From: the human T2T-CHM13v2.0 reference genome, Homo sapiens
Strand: one strand, 5' to 3'
Assembly: GCF_009914755.1 (NCBI RefSeq)
Contig: NC_060925.1
DNA length: 64,000 nucleotides
Part shown: piece after piece, positions 45,823-60,200 of the stretch
How positions within the stretch are numbered: the first letter of the stretch is position 1
How the letters are laid out: each line of letters begins with the position of its first letter
Made by a program: the position numbers and the translations under genes
Notes under the pieces: generated by a model
Database searches by the model: none
Told to the model about the DNA's origin: nothing
What the model saw: the letters and a program-made list of their open reading frames with translations, nothing else

Positions 45823-45931
45823 TCACACTGCTCCTTTCCCCTTAATGTCCAGCTTGTTATTAGCCTCTGACTGTTTGCTCAGCTGCTCTTCAGTGAAAGT
45901 GATATAGGAATATACCAGGCTCCCAGCAATG
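45823..45931 (-). CDS. SLC35D1: SLC35D1 last coding exon [35 protein letters not shown] (UDP-GlcA/UDP-GalNAc ER transporter)
   Basis: ttgcag acceptor, phase 2; TGA at 45825-45823; C-terminus recognised. Confidence 0.96.
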
Positions 45932-47079
45932 CTGCAAAACAGAAAGCCACTATCAGAGATGGAGGAAGGGAGGGTTTTAGTGTAAACACTCTACTCAGTA
46001 AAAAAACTTACACCAAAAAATTAGATGAAGAGTAAAGTTTCACAGTGGGGAAATTCATACAATGAAGTACTATGCATCCATTAAAATGGTATAAAATATA
46101 AACAGGCATTGACACATTAAATTTTGTAAGACAGCTTAAATTTTTATGAGAAAATATATCATAAAACATCAAGCATTGTCTAATCCCATTTTATTTAAAT
46201 GAACATGAGTATGTATATCAATATGCACTGGAATAGACAAAAGTCTGTAAGGAACACACCAAGAATATTAACAGTGGTTACAGCTGGATGCTGACATTAC
46301 AGGTAAATTTTTACTTGTATTTTTTTGCATTTCGAAAAATAGGCATTAATAGGAAACATCCCAAATTAGTTAAATATGCAGACCCTAGGAGATTCACAGA
46401 GCTGATTTTTCTCTGACTAAAAGCAAGTTCACAGTGGGGAACTTATCATCTGGGCCGTCAGCCTATGACAGGTGGTTGCTGGTACCCCTCACTTATCCAT
46501 CGCACCTACCACCAGGAAGGATCCCTCTTTGGTGACAATGATTACTTGGTCCATTCTCTGTGGGGACCTCAAACTCACCTAGGATACGCAGCCTCCTACC
46601 CGATTCACTAAGTGGAAAGTAGTCTGGAGGAGCTCACAGATCTGACCACTCCTGTCCTGTCCTCCCTGGCTCTTCCACTGAGACTGCCACCCAGGACTCC
46701 CTTGGATTCCAGCCAGCTGGATGCCTGACCTGGGCGCCAATTCTTCTGCCCTGGTTTTGGCCCTCATCTTCTGCCTAACCACTTGACTCATGAACTTGCT
46801 GCTTATTTGAAATTAGTTCTGTTCTCTGGGCTCTGACATCAGCCCCAGACCAGCTGCAGAAGGGTGAGAGACGCCTAGCTCTTGTTCCCACTAGGAAGAA
46901 AGCAGGATCAGGCACTGGCGCTTGTTCTTTACTGCACACGCTCGCATAATACTAGCCATTCTCTGAGACTCCAATCAACCCAAAATAAAGCCTTTTCCAA
47001 TTTAACCTTCCCAACCAGATTCTTCCTTTTCCTCATCTGCACCTCACGGCACTTAAGAGCAATCAAATTATTAAAGTCT

Positions 47080-47265
47080 ACTTGTCAAGCATTTTACATA
47101 CATTTCCTGTTTTTGCAATATTCCTGCAAGGTACAATATCCCTCCAAGGTGTCCATTTTATAGATGAGGAAAGTCCCAGAGTCATAAGATAAATTGCTCA
47201 GGGTCACAAAGCATCCTACTGATGGGCCAGAATACAACCTAGGTCAGTCTTTCTCCACTCCAACT
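47080..47265 (-). mobile_element. MIR
   Basis: ccattttatagatgaggaaa...aattgctcagggtcaca. Confidence 0.7.
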
Positions 47266-47483
47266 GCTGCCTCCCTTATGACCCTTGTGCCACTGAATAC
47301 TAGTTATCCATCCTCACTCTGTCCTTATCATCTTGTTAATTTCCCACGGCCTTAATTCTTTTAGCTGTACAGAGTCTCTTGCAATTGGCCTGACACTTTT
47401 TAGCAACACAATAAGTAACTGCTGAACTGAGTATCCCCTATCACCCCACTTGAGGAAAGGGGGCCTCATGAACCCAATTCTTA

Positions 47484-47631
47484 CACTTTTTTTTGTCTTT
47501 CCCCCCCTTTCTGTGGAAAATGGGGTCTCGCTATATTGCCCAGGCAGGTCGTGAACTCCTGGGCTCAAGCTATCCTCCCGCCTCTACCTCCCTAAGAGCT
47601 AGGATTACAGGTGTGAGCCACCGCGCCTAGC
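47484..47631 (-). pseudogene. BC200 (BCYRN1) retropseudogene
   Basis: Minus strand reads agctcttagggaggtagaggcgggaggatagcttgag...gacctgcctgggcaatatagcgagacccc...aaagacaaaaaaaagtgtaa, with BC200-diagnostic positions absent from FLAM; TSD catgaacccaattctta at 47467-47483 and 47631-47647. Confidence 0.82.
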
Positions 47632-48159
47632 ATGAACCCAATTCTTATGCCAATGTTCATAGAGCTTCATCTTTTCCTTCATCCAGCAGCTTTTTCCCAT
47701 TTAATTTTTTCTGGAATTTGATATGACTCTCCTAGAAACTTTTCTGGTTTTTCTAGTCCCTCAAGTAGACTACTTCCCTGGTAGCTGGCCTGGACCCAAG
47801 AAGATGGCTTACTGAAGTCTTTTTTGACTGAAGCTAAAAGTTCTTTAAGGTTCACATGTACGTCCACCCACATGACAGTCAATTTCCCTTTGCCTCCAAA
47901 CCCACCCCAAAACAAAGTAGAAGGGCTACCTCTCCTTTCTTTCATCCTACCTTCTCTAGCTTCCCCTTCCCACAACAGCCTAAAAAATAAAAATGCTTTC
48001 TTATTTTTCCTGTTAAGATGATCTTTGATGTTCACATTAATCCTATTTAAACTGGATAGGAATACTGGGGAAGCACAGAATAGAAGAAGACAAAGAATGT
48101 CCTGTAATTTATTCCAGGCTTAGCCCTAATGATAATTCCAGACCCTATATTCCCAGCAT

Positions 48160-48532
48160 AGTCAGTGTATTGAAAAAACACTGACTCTACGGTTAGGTCT
48201 TGGTTCAAATCCTGAATGTACTCTAGGTTGAGTATCTCTTATCTAAAATGCTTGGGACCAGAAGGGTTTCCAATTTCAAATTTTGGAATATCTGCATTAT
48301 ACTCACCAGTCAAGCATCCAAATCTCAAATCTGAAATGTTCCAAAGAACATTTCCTTTGATCATCCTGTTATCATTCAAAAATTCCAGATTTTGGAGCAT
48401 TTTGGATCACAGATGTTCAATCTACACTAGCTATGTGACCCTGGGCAAATTAATTAATCCATTTCTGTATTCATCAAATAAGAATAATGTTATCTATCTA
48501 AGCTTGTCTGAGGATTAAATGAGATTACACGG
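48160..48532 (+). mobile_element. MIR interrupted by a Tigger4/MER46-like MITE (~48222-48424)
   Basis: MIR ggttcaaatcctg... then taggttgagtatctcttatctaaaatgcttgggaccagaag...gatgttcaatcta, then ctagctatgtgaccctgggcaa resumes. Confidence 0.7.
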
Positions 48533-48640
48533 ATAATCTTCTCTTCATTCTCTTCTCCCCTACCTTCCCTGTCAGCCCTGACACTCAGAACCAGAGGGGA
48601 GATGTACTGCTGACAAAAGGTAAGGTACTATAATTATAAA

Positions 48641-48958
48641 CGTCTTACTCCATTTGGGTTGCTATAACAAAATACCATAAATGGTGGCTTATAAACAACA
48701 GAAATTTATTTCTCACAGTCCTAGAGGCTGGGGAGTCTAAGATCAAGGCAGGTTCAATGTCTAGAGAGGGCTCTCTGGTTCACAGACAGTATCTTCTCAT
48801 CATGCTCTGGGATCTCTTACATAAGGGCACTAATCTCATTCATGAGGATGCCAATTCCATGACCTAATCACCTCCCAAAGCCCTACCTCCTAATACCATG
48901 ACTTTGGGAGTTGAGAGTTCAACAAACTGGGGGAACACAAACATTCAGACCATAGAGC
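48641..48958 (-). mobile_element. MaLR solo LTR (MLT1A-like)
   Basis: gctataacaaaatacc...cttataaacaacagaaatttatttctcacag...acaaacattcagaccatag. Confidence 0.8.
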
Positions 48959-49503
48959 AAGGAGATGTAACATTATGAAAGAGGGGGCACACTATTGCCA
49001 CATGGTTGTAACTTGAGGCAACAATAAAATATATTTAATTTCATCTTTATTACTGACTCGATCATTATCAAATATAGATTTTCGGAAAGGGCAATTCATG
49101 AACCACCTGAAGAGAACTGAATATTCATCAACGAGCATACTATGTGTTACGCAGTGATGAGTAAACGCTTTGGAAAGGAACTATAATTTGCTCTCTAGCA
49201 GCTTTGGGGAAGGGGAAAACTAGAAGGAAGGGAAAGGGAAAATGAGGAAAAGCCCAGATTTGAAGGGGAGAGGGGTTATATCTGACTTTTTATACAACAC
49301 TACCAAATGATTCTAAATCAGGATCTTCTACTACTTCAAACAGAGACCCTTTAACTAATCTATTGGCCCCATAAATATTCACATTAAAGTTGATACCTTC
49401 TAGTACTATGAAATTGGTGTTAATACATTAGATCATCCTAAATATTCATTTTTTAAAAGTAGAACTCCTGGTATTAGTACTGGTCAACAAGATTTTCTTT
49501 TAA

Positions 49504-49884
<381 letters not shown>

Positions 49885-50234
49885 GCACTACCAACTCTTA
49901 ACTCACAGAGACCTCTGTGGCAGATACAGCTGGGAGACACCAGAAAAAAAAGACAAAGTTACAGTTCCTGAGACAGGGGCCTTGTTAGAATACTGCAAAT
50001 CTGAATGGAACGTGCCGAACTGCTTCCAAATCTATTGAATCTACTAAATCTACTTTATCTGCTCTGATCCACTTTTGATCTTCAAAAGCAAGGCAAACAC
50101 AGTCTACTTCTCCTAAACCTACAGTCATGGACATATTCATTAGCCCCCGACAATGAGATACCCATTCCAAAAATATACACTAAAAATGCTTTCAATATAG
50201 CAACCCTGTGGCCAGGGAACAACAGTCCTAATGT

Positions 50235-50389
50235 CCACCACCACGCCCAGGTAATTTTGTCATTTTTTTTGTAGAGACGGGGTTTCACAACATTGCCCAG
50301 ATTAGTCTCAAACTCCTGGGCTCAAGCAATCTGTCCACCTCAGCCTCCCAAAGTGTTGGGATTATAGGTATAAGCCATTATGCCCAACC
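50235..50389 (-). mobile_element. Partial Alu (left arm plus linker)
   Basis: Alu sequence in reverse orientation. Confidence 0.85.
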
Positions 50390-50566
50390 TCTCCCTGCTT
50401 CTTAAAAAGCATTATGTAGAGACATTAAATATGTAGCACATAGAAGGCACTCCACATATGTTTAATAATGAATAAATGTTCCATTAATTTAATAGCCTAA
50501 CCTTATTGTGACACTATTTGAATATCCAATTCCGATTTTGCAATTTAATTAAATATTTTTACTTAC

Positions 50567-50649
50567 CTGATATTTAAACCAATGAAGTTTGTCCACGTGA
50601 AAATATAATCTCCACCAAAGACCATTCCAATATAAGTTATTAATATATT
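50567..50649 (-). CDS. SLC35D1: SLC35D1 exon NILITYIGMVFGGDYIFTWTNFIGLNI(S)
   Basis: ttttag / gtaagt; 83 nt, phase 0 to 2; hydrophobic TM segments. Confidence 0.96.
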
Positions 50650-50887
50650 CTAAAAATAAAAATAGTAATATACTGTTATATAGGTTTAACTGAGCTTCTT
50701 AAATATATATAAAACTCATCCAAATATCTGTCCTTAAAATACAAAAACAAATAAACAAAAGACAAACAATGAAAATGCACCAACCCTAATAATAGTATAA
50801 GGAAGAACACTATTAAGGAATCAGTGACATTAGCCTCTTCCCAATCGATTTCTCCAGAAGATAAATGCTTTTGCCAATACTGAAGAA

Positions 50888-51825
50888 TACTACCAACAGA
50901 ATGGGAGAAAATATTCACAAACTATGCATTGGACAAAGGTCTAATATCCAGAATTGATAAGCAACCTAATTCAACAAACACAACCCCATTAGAAAATGGG
51001 AAAAGGACATGAACAGATATTTCTCAAAAGAAAACATACATGCAGCAAACAAATATAGGAAAAAAGGCTCATCACCAATCATCAGAGAAATACAAATCAA
51101 AACCACAATGTGATACCATCTCATACCAGTCAGAATGTCTATTATTAAAATGTCAAAAAGCAACAGATGTTGGCGAGGTTCGGGAGAAAAAGGAATGCTT
51201 ATTTATACACTGTTGGGGGGAATGTAAATTTAGTTCAGCCACTGTGGAAAGCAGTGTGGACATTTATCAAAGAACTTAAAACAGAACTACCATTTGACCC
51301 AGCAATCCCACTACTGGGTTATATCCCCAAAGGAAAATAAATTGTTCTACCAAAGAGACCCATGTATTCTTATGTTCACTGCAGCATGATTCCCAATAGC
51401 AAAGACATGCAATCAACAAAGATGCCCATTAACGATGGACTGGATTAAGAAAATGTGGTACATATACATCATGGAATACAATGCAGCCATAAAAAAGAAA
51501 GAAATCATGTCCTTTGCAGCAACACGGATGCAGCAGGAGGCCATTATCCTAAGCAAACTAACACAGGAACAGAAAACCAAACACCACCTGCTCTCACTTG
51601 AAAGTGGGAGCTAAACACCGAATATACATGGATACAAAGATGGGAGCAATAGACACTGAGGGCTGCTTGAGGTGGGAGGGTAAAAGGGGGATGTGAGTTG
51701 GAAGACTACCTGTTGAGTACTATGCTCACTACCTAGGTGACAGGATCGTTTGTACACCAGGCCTCAGTGACACACAATTTACCCACGTAACAAACCTGCA
51801 CATGCACCCCCAGAACCTAAAATAT
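50888..51825 (+). mobile_element. 5'-truncated old L1PA/L1PB 3' end
   Basis: acagaatgggagaaaatatt...gaactaccatttgacccagcaatccc...gtaacaaacctgcacatgcacccc. Confidence 0.88.
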
Positions 51826-52054
51826 CTTTGCATCTTCTTCTAAAATGGAAAAAAGGGAATGGTGGGGACTTTACCAATACAATGACTGTTTTTAGAGGAA
51901 TCTTCCTTGGTCTCTTAAGAAAACACATGGGAAGTCATCTCAAGATATTATACCTAAAATCACTTCTGACACTCCCAGGTGCAAACATCTTCTGGCTCCC
52001 TTTTAATTATCCTAAGACCATAAAAACAAAAAATAAGTTTCTAAAATTTAAACT

Positions 52055-52257
52055 AGAGGCTGAATATCCTTTATCAGGTCCCAAATACTTGGGACCTGAA
52101 ATATTTCAGATTTTGTAATATTTCCATTACACTTACCAGTTGAATATCTCAAATTAAAAAATCCAAATGCCTCAATGATTATTTCCCTTGAATATCATGT
52201 TGGCATTCAAAGAGTTTTAGATTTTGGAGCAAGCATTTTGGATTTCAGATTTGGGGT
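52055..52257. mobile_element. Tigger4/MER46-like MITE, abutting the ERV LTR
   Basis: Similar to the copy at 48.2-48.4 kb (cttgggacc..., ttttggagca.., tttggatttcaga). Confidence 0.7.
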
Positions 52258-52783
52258 TGCAGGAAATCAAAAAATTTTACCCCCAAATATATTTCTTTAA
52301 CATACAGTAATTAAGATAGCTGTCAGAAAGCCAGCAAAAAGAAGTAGCTCTGCAAAGCTGTCTTTTGTGAGGGAAATTTACATTTGTAGAAAAATCTACA
52401 CTACTGTAGCCAGGCCTCCCCTTGTCCAGATCTAGGAAACACTAACTGAGAGTCTAACACCTTTCAAGGTCTAAAAAAGCATTTATCATCTATTCTCTCC
52501 AAGGGCTGCTACCTGTGAGGTTTCATCTGTATAACAAGACCACTTTAGCTAGCCAAGCCTCCTCTTCTCTCCCTCCCATAACCTATTTTGCCCAATCTAA
52601 GCCCCCATTTTTTCTGTAACTTCAAGATAGTATATAAGCTTCTACACTCCACTGGGGGTTTAGGTAGTCACTCTGCAATATTCTCCATATACACATCAAT
52701 AAATTAGATACCTTTTCTTTTACTAGTCTGTCTTTTGTGAGCTGATTTTTAAGCAAATTTTCCCTTCATCCCTACAGTTTTGA

Positions 52784-53268
<485 letters not shown>

Positions 53269-54261
53269 ATACAGCCACAGAGCCCAAATCTTGATTAATG
53301 GGAGAAAAAGATTTGTGTGACAAGTCTTGGTTATAGCTTTTGGTTCTCTGTGGCATGAATATTCAAATTGTTTGATTCATTTCTTCCCCAAAATAGTCTT
53401 TTCCTTTATCTTTGTCTTTCTGTGTTGCTCTGTCATAAAAATTAGGGTACTGCTTGAGGTTCTCTTGTCATTTTGTGCCCTTGAAAGTTTGACTTCTGAT
53501 CAAGTGGAAGCACTCTCTCTTGGTCTCTGCCATCTGGGGGCATGATTTTTGAGTCACGTCAGGTGGCCAGTCTAAAAATGGCTAGAAACCCAAGACTTTG
53601 TTCCAAATGTGTCAAGCTCTTAGGACAGTCTGTCATAAAGTCTCATCTACAAGGGCTTTTGTCATCTCAACCTTTGTTGCCTGGTTAGTACTAAAAAAGT
53701 CCAGTCCCATGAGGGCCTACCTATTCTCACAGATTAACAGGTCTGTGACTGGTGGTACCCCACATATCTGTGGGTTACTGGAGACCATCTATGATAATTA
53801 GAATCTTTCACTATCTGAGCTTATTCCTGGCAATACATTTTTTGGGCGGGGGCATGGGAACTTTGGGAAGGCTCTTCTATGCCCTCTCCAAGAACACATT
53901 TCTAAACCTAAAAAATTACATCCTAGGTTTTCCATAAAGAGACTATTAGATTGAGTCACTATTAAAATAAGTACACCATTAAAAATTCAACAGCCAAAAG
54001 ATGGATCCTTTAAATTAGACTCCTAAATCAAAAAAAAAAAAAAAAAAAAAAAAAATTTAAGAGATTTCTTATTCTAAACAATTGATGAGAAGGTCACATT
54101 TTTTTTTAGAAGACACACAATAGTGTCATGGTTAGTCTTACAAATTTTTCTCTTGACAAAATTAAAAGAGCAAAAATCTGACCTAAAACAAAGTTAAAAT
54201 CCTTTGTAAGCTCACACTCCCTGCTTTAGATCCCCTGTGGGATTCACAATAAAGGCTGCTG

Positions 54262-54335
54262 TACCTTATGGCTGGTAATTCAAGTTGTACACTTTCACCA
54301 CCATAGCCTGGGTTCAATTCCTGGTCAGAGAATCA
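54262..54335 (+). pseudogene. Decayed tRNA-Glu(TTC)-like sequence inside the ERV
   Basis: 54290-54332 aligns 34/43 with the 3' part of human tRNA-Glu as I recall it; all mismatches are transitions. Confidence 0.65.
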
Positions 54336-54644
54336 GCCCCTTTTGGCTCAGTATTCATGTGACTTTGACTTTTTGGGGTACCCATTCACCTCTTTAGAGA
54401 TGCCAGGTGCATCCTTAGTTAAGTCATAACTTTGGTTAAGTCTTACTGGTTTCACTTGTGAAGGTATCTTCAATAAAAAAAATTCAAAAGGCAAAAATAT
54501 CATCTGTTTGTCCCCCCAGCTAAAATCTGACAATAGATTTTAAAAGATTTTTTAAAAAGAGCTCTGTGGTTAAAAGTCAGCTTAATTAAAAACTGATATT
54601 CAAATTATACATGCATATATAATTTAAGAACATATATCCTGGAG

Positions 54645-54680
<36 letters not shown>

Positions 54681-54774
54681 CCTGTTCTTAAATTTTTTTT
54701 CAGTAGACTAAAACTCTCTCAAAATTATGTTTTTAAAATTAGACTCTTAAATTTTACTTCCTTTCTTAGAAATT

Positions 54775-55066
54775 GGGCCAGGCACAGAGGCTCACACCTG
54801 TAATCCCAGCACTTTGGGAAGCAGAGGTGAGCAAATCACTTGAGCCCAGGAGTTCAAGACTAGCCTGGGCAACATGGCAAAACCCTGTTTCTATAAAAAA
54901 TAAAATAAAATAAAAGTTGGCCAGTCATGGTCACAAGTGTCTGTAGTCCCAGTTACTCAGGAGGCTAAGATGGGGGGATAAATTGAGCCCGGGAGGTCAA
55001 GGCTGCAGTGAGCCATGATTGTGCCACTAAAGCCTGGGCAACAGAGTGAGACCCTGTCTCAAAAAA
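54775..55066 (+). mobile_element. AluJ inside the ERV
   Basis: Dimer. Confidence 0.9.
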
Positions 55067-56900
55067 TATATATTTTTCTCCCATTTACTCTTATTTCTTC
55101 CTACTCCTCCTTCCTCCTCTTTGCTGTCTTTGGTACAACATAAAAGAATCTAGAGGGCACTTCTAATGATTCAGATCCCTTAAGAAACACAAAAAAAGGT
55201 GCCATCTACCTCTTACTTGTACTGTAGGAGAAATGTGACTTGTGTGTGTGTGAGAGATGAGTGGTGAGTCATCACCACGGTAAGAGCTACAGTTTTAGAG
55301 GTGACTGGTAACAGCTGTTTATAGTAAACGATTATTACTACAAGAGACTACTTGTTTCTTTGTGAGTTTAGATTTAAAAGATGTAGTTTAAATACTTTTA
55401 AAAATGTCTGTATCAAAGTACACTACACAAGCATTGCATAACCTGGTTTCATAGCATTTTTCTTTCTGGGGATGTGGGATTCAATGTAAAAGCAAAATTC
55501 TACATTTGTAAAGCTCTATATGTTTTGCCTTTCAACGGTGCCTACTTTCCACATATTTTAATTATTAGGCCCTAAAAACTACAGATACTTTGTTGACCCT
55601 GTTGCTTAATGGGCTCTGCCTTGAGCTCAGTGATCCAGTTAAAAAACAGACTAAATTTTACAATGCCCCTCTAAATAAAATTAGTCCCCTTATAAAATCC
55701 TATAAGTTCCTATAAGTCTGTTACCTTGACATCCATTTTTAATCTTCCACTAACACATTCAAACTCCTTTTAAAAAATATAAATTCTCTCTCTGCACTTT
55801 AAAATATAATTTACTACCCTATTTTCTCTAAAACACAATAAGGGCTTGGGCCATGTGAGGCAGATAAACTTTAATCTTTTTCACTTACGAATACAAAGTT
55901 TAAATCCAACTGTTCTTTTAAACTAGTGAATTTTACTGGTCTTATGGCTAAAATTTAAAAACCAAAGCTATAAAGTCTTTATTTGTGTCCATCTATATTT
56001 TTATATATACATGTCTATGTGTATATACTGTCTACATAATATCAAATTAACTTATAAGTTAGTACTCACAAATTAAATAGGCCCAAATAATTTTCAAGTT
56101 CACATGATTTTAGTAATCCTTAATAAATTAAAAGTTTAAAAATTATTAGTAAAATAAAATTAAAATGTCTTCAATTTTTAGTTTTTTTTTTTTTTTTTTT
56201 TTTTGGCCTGGTTGGATTGATCAGACAGGTTTATACTGTCTCTACTAAATGTTGTAAGGTCACAGAACTGTTACTTCTATAATATTTTTAATGCTTACTT
56301 AATTTATCTGTGAGCTTATGTCTGTAAATTTGAGACTTTAGATTCTAATGTCTAGACAAAAAAGGTCTGGGGACAACACCCAGGCCCTGTCCTCCCTAGC
56401 CCAACCATGTCTCTTGGCCATACTAAGGATTAACTCCTCCAGGCATTGTGTTCACAGCTCTATTCTTTGTCTTGCACTGCACATAGTTACAATTACTTAT
56501 TTCCTAGGTTTTTCACTAAAAGTAAGAGTTACTAAGAGATACTATCATAATTAATATATATAATTAAAAGTACTAGATATTAAAATAAACAATTCCATAC
56601 GCAAAGTATATTCCAAAAGGAAAATGTGTTTTTAGTAAAAAAGGTTATAAAACACATAAAAATGTGTTTTTGTAAAAAAAAAAAAAAAAAAAAGATTTTG
56701 CCTAGTATAAACGTTTAAAAAGTTTTTAATTAAAAAAACAAAAATAAAAAATTTTAAAAATGTTTAAATTTAAGAGGCTATTTAAAAACGTATAAAAATC
56801 TTGTGGTCAAACTAATTAAAATTAAATAGATTTATTTACAAGGCTTTATTAAAAATTAACTTTAATGTTAATAATACACTAATACAAAAATAAAATCTAA

Positions 56901-57198
<298 letters not shown>

Positions 57199-60039
57199 AG
57201 TTTTCTCTTTCAAACAAAATTTTTATGTACTATTGATAAAAAATAATTTTTAAAATTTTATTTACCTTCTAAATAAATTACAAAAAAGAGGGGGTAGAGG
57301 GAAAAACAGATTCAGTATGACTCATGGTATCTTTATTATGTCTTATAAGTCTCTACCAAGAGTAAAAGGTTTTGCTTTTTAAAATCTTTAAATTATCACG
57401 TTGACTAATGATATCTTTTAGTGGCCTGCAATCCTGTTTTAAACCTTTGTTATCTGACATATTTCCCCAAATCAAAATTTCAAATTCAGTTTTTTTGACC
57501 TCAAACTAACTTTTTAGATAATAGGGCCCCTAGAAGTCTAAGAGAAACATATTAGCCTTATTTAGTATGTTAAAATCAAATGGAAATCATTAAAAAAATG
57601 GTGCTTAACTTTCTCTGCATTATATTTATATAAATGTGTTATTAATATATGTTCTAAACCTGTATGAGATTCCTAAAGATTTGAAATGTCTTCAGATATA
57701 TTATCAGTAATAATTATGATTATGTTAAATTGGTACATGTCAATGAAATAATCAAATTTCCTTGTCAATTGTTAACTATTCTAAGACTTTTGTTTTCCAT
57801 TGACAATCATTGTTTTACTTTGATTCTTCTCGAAATGTAGTTTACAATCGGTAGAGTCCAAAATTTGCTTCTTCTTCGGAGAAATTAATAAAAAAAGACC
57901 CTGATAAGTAGTTGTAAATATAGGTTTCTGGTAACTTTATTGATCCGACCATTAGACTAGGTAAAAACTTTCAGTATTCTAGTTAAAAAACTGATGTATT
58001 CATGAGGATTGCTAACCTAACATCCAACAGTATAAGAATTACAAGGAATTACATTAGTAAAAGACTAATTTTTATGACTTCAAAAAAAATGCTGTGTTTT
58101 CCAGTCAAAAAACTTTTTTTTCTTCTAAACTATTTATAATTTACAACAATTGGGTAAAATATACTTTGTGAACAAATTTAAAACATCTTTCTAACTAATT
58201 TCTCCAAATTTAAAAACTATTTATAAATATTCTTAACTTATCAGAATATAATTATTTAGATAAGTTCAATACACATCTGTTTTCTTTGTAATAGGACACA
58301 GAGACACTGGTTATTTTACCAATACTTTGACTAAAATAACATATTTGCAGATATGACCAGACTACTTGAAGAAATTAAAGTTGACTTTATAAAGCCAATA
58401 AAAAGACCCTTGTCTACACAGTTCCTTTATAAGTTTCCTGACCTGTGATTAAAAAATGTAACTTTCTGACAGACCAAGGGACCTCGAGTTATTTTATGAT
58501 ATCAAAAGGAGAAAGATTCACCCAATTTGTTACAGGTATTAGAGTCTGGTGGCAAATCCTTGGCTTAGCCTCCTGGCCTTGAGGCTTTTAAAAGTCTAAT
58601 AATCTAAGACTCCTTATTAAAAAGTTCCAATAAAACTAATCTAAGAAGAGCCTATATGGCCAATCGCTATTCTTATTACACTTTATACAAATAAGCAGGC
58701 CAAGTACAATAAGACTAAAATTTATTTTACAAATAAATTAATCCTACTATGATTTATCTTTGGTAAAAATGGGAGACTAGAAGAAAAAAATCATGTTTCA
58801 AATAAAACTATAGCACATCTGTTTAAATTAGATTCTAGCCTCATTAATTGTTATTGTTGTTATTACTTCTCTAATATTTAGACTAAAACCTGAATTCTTT
58901 CCTGGCTACAAGTTTCCAAACTAACATTTTCAAATTTTTCTTCCATTTTTGACTTTAAGCCACTGAAAGTTGAAACTGTGCTTTTCTTAAAGCCCTACAA
59001 ACTGAAACTAGACAACGTAAACTTCAGGAAAAATCAGAAGTTAAATACAAACAGCCTTCATGCCTACTGATGTATAGAATACTCAGAAAGTTCACTTCAA
59101 TGCTGATTTGAACTATAATCCAGTAAAATCTGTCAGATTGCCACTGCAATCTGAAGATACCTCAAGGACTCTAAAAAACTCTATACACTACTCCAGACGT
59201 TAACCTTGGTTTTTTCTTCTGTTTCCACAAAAACATCTCTTATTAAAGATCTGTTTCCCTTCATCATACACAGAGGCCTAGTGTACCTACAATGCCACCT
59301 TCTAAAATGGGACACAAATGTTTAATCCATTCTTAGGACTATGACTAAAAAAGATATGGGGCAATACATTTAAATTTACTCTTTTCTGCTTATCTAGATT
59401 TGTTTTTTCACTTCTTTGTCTATCTCTGATGACCTCTGGCCCAAATGGCTTTTAATATATAAAACTTTTTGAAGTTTTAAAGTGAGGACTGAAGGAAATT
59501 AAAATATTTTACCCCAAAATATATTTATCTGACTTATTTCTCACAGGCCTCTAGATTAGGCCTATGAGACACAAAGTAAATTGATACATTGAAAAAGGCC
59601 AAAAAGAAACTTCAAAATTATTTTTCTAATAAAACGCCCTTTGAGAGAACCTTCAAAATTATGTCAGCCTCTTCTAGGCCTAAGGATGAAGACAGGAGGT
59701 TGCCTTAGAAAGGATTTTCCTATTATTTGAAGGGAAAAAATAAAATTAAGTATCATGTAACAACAAGGCTAGCAGGCAACTTAGGAAAGTGTATAACAGG
59801 ACGTCATTTGAATACAGGGATCCAGGGAGGTGGATTAATTTATGTAAGTTGCCCAAGGAACTTCAGAAATGAAGGTGACAGAGAATCCAACCCATGCTGC
59901 TCAAAATCAGAAGTTGGAAAACCTGTAGGTATATATTAGGGTATCCTAAGCAAGGCTGGCTATCAAGAAAAGACACCAACGTCTTCAAAAAAGAAATTAT
60001 CAAGAAGCACAGAAGAGTCATGATAGCTCAAAACTAAGA

Positions 60040-60200
60040 CTGCAATTCTCAAACTTTAGTATACCCGACAATTGCCTGGAAACCCTGTTAAACATAAACA
60101 TTTCTAAGCTTTACTCTAGAGATTCTGACTGAGTCTATCTGGGTAGGCCTTGGAATTTCTACTTTCAATGAGTTATCCTAAGTGATTTTCCCACCATGCT
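60040..60200. mobile_element. MER5-like relic
   Basis: ttctcaaacttt...agagattctgactgag..tgggtaggccttggaatttctacttt. Confidence 0.5.

Noticed and set aside
45826-45843. SLC35D1 C-terminal KGKGAV as a canonical dilysine ER-retrieval signal
   Set aside because: The lysines are at -4 and -6, not the canonical -3/-4 or -3/-5, so I cannot call it from sequence alone
46400-46870. GC-richer island in the last SLC35D1 intron (ORF 46579..46791)
   Set aside because: Could be an old LTR or an enhancer, but I cannot assign it and see no exon structure in frame with SLC35D1
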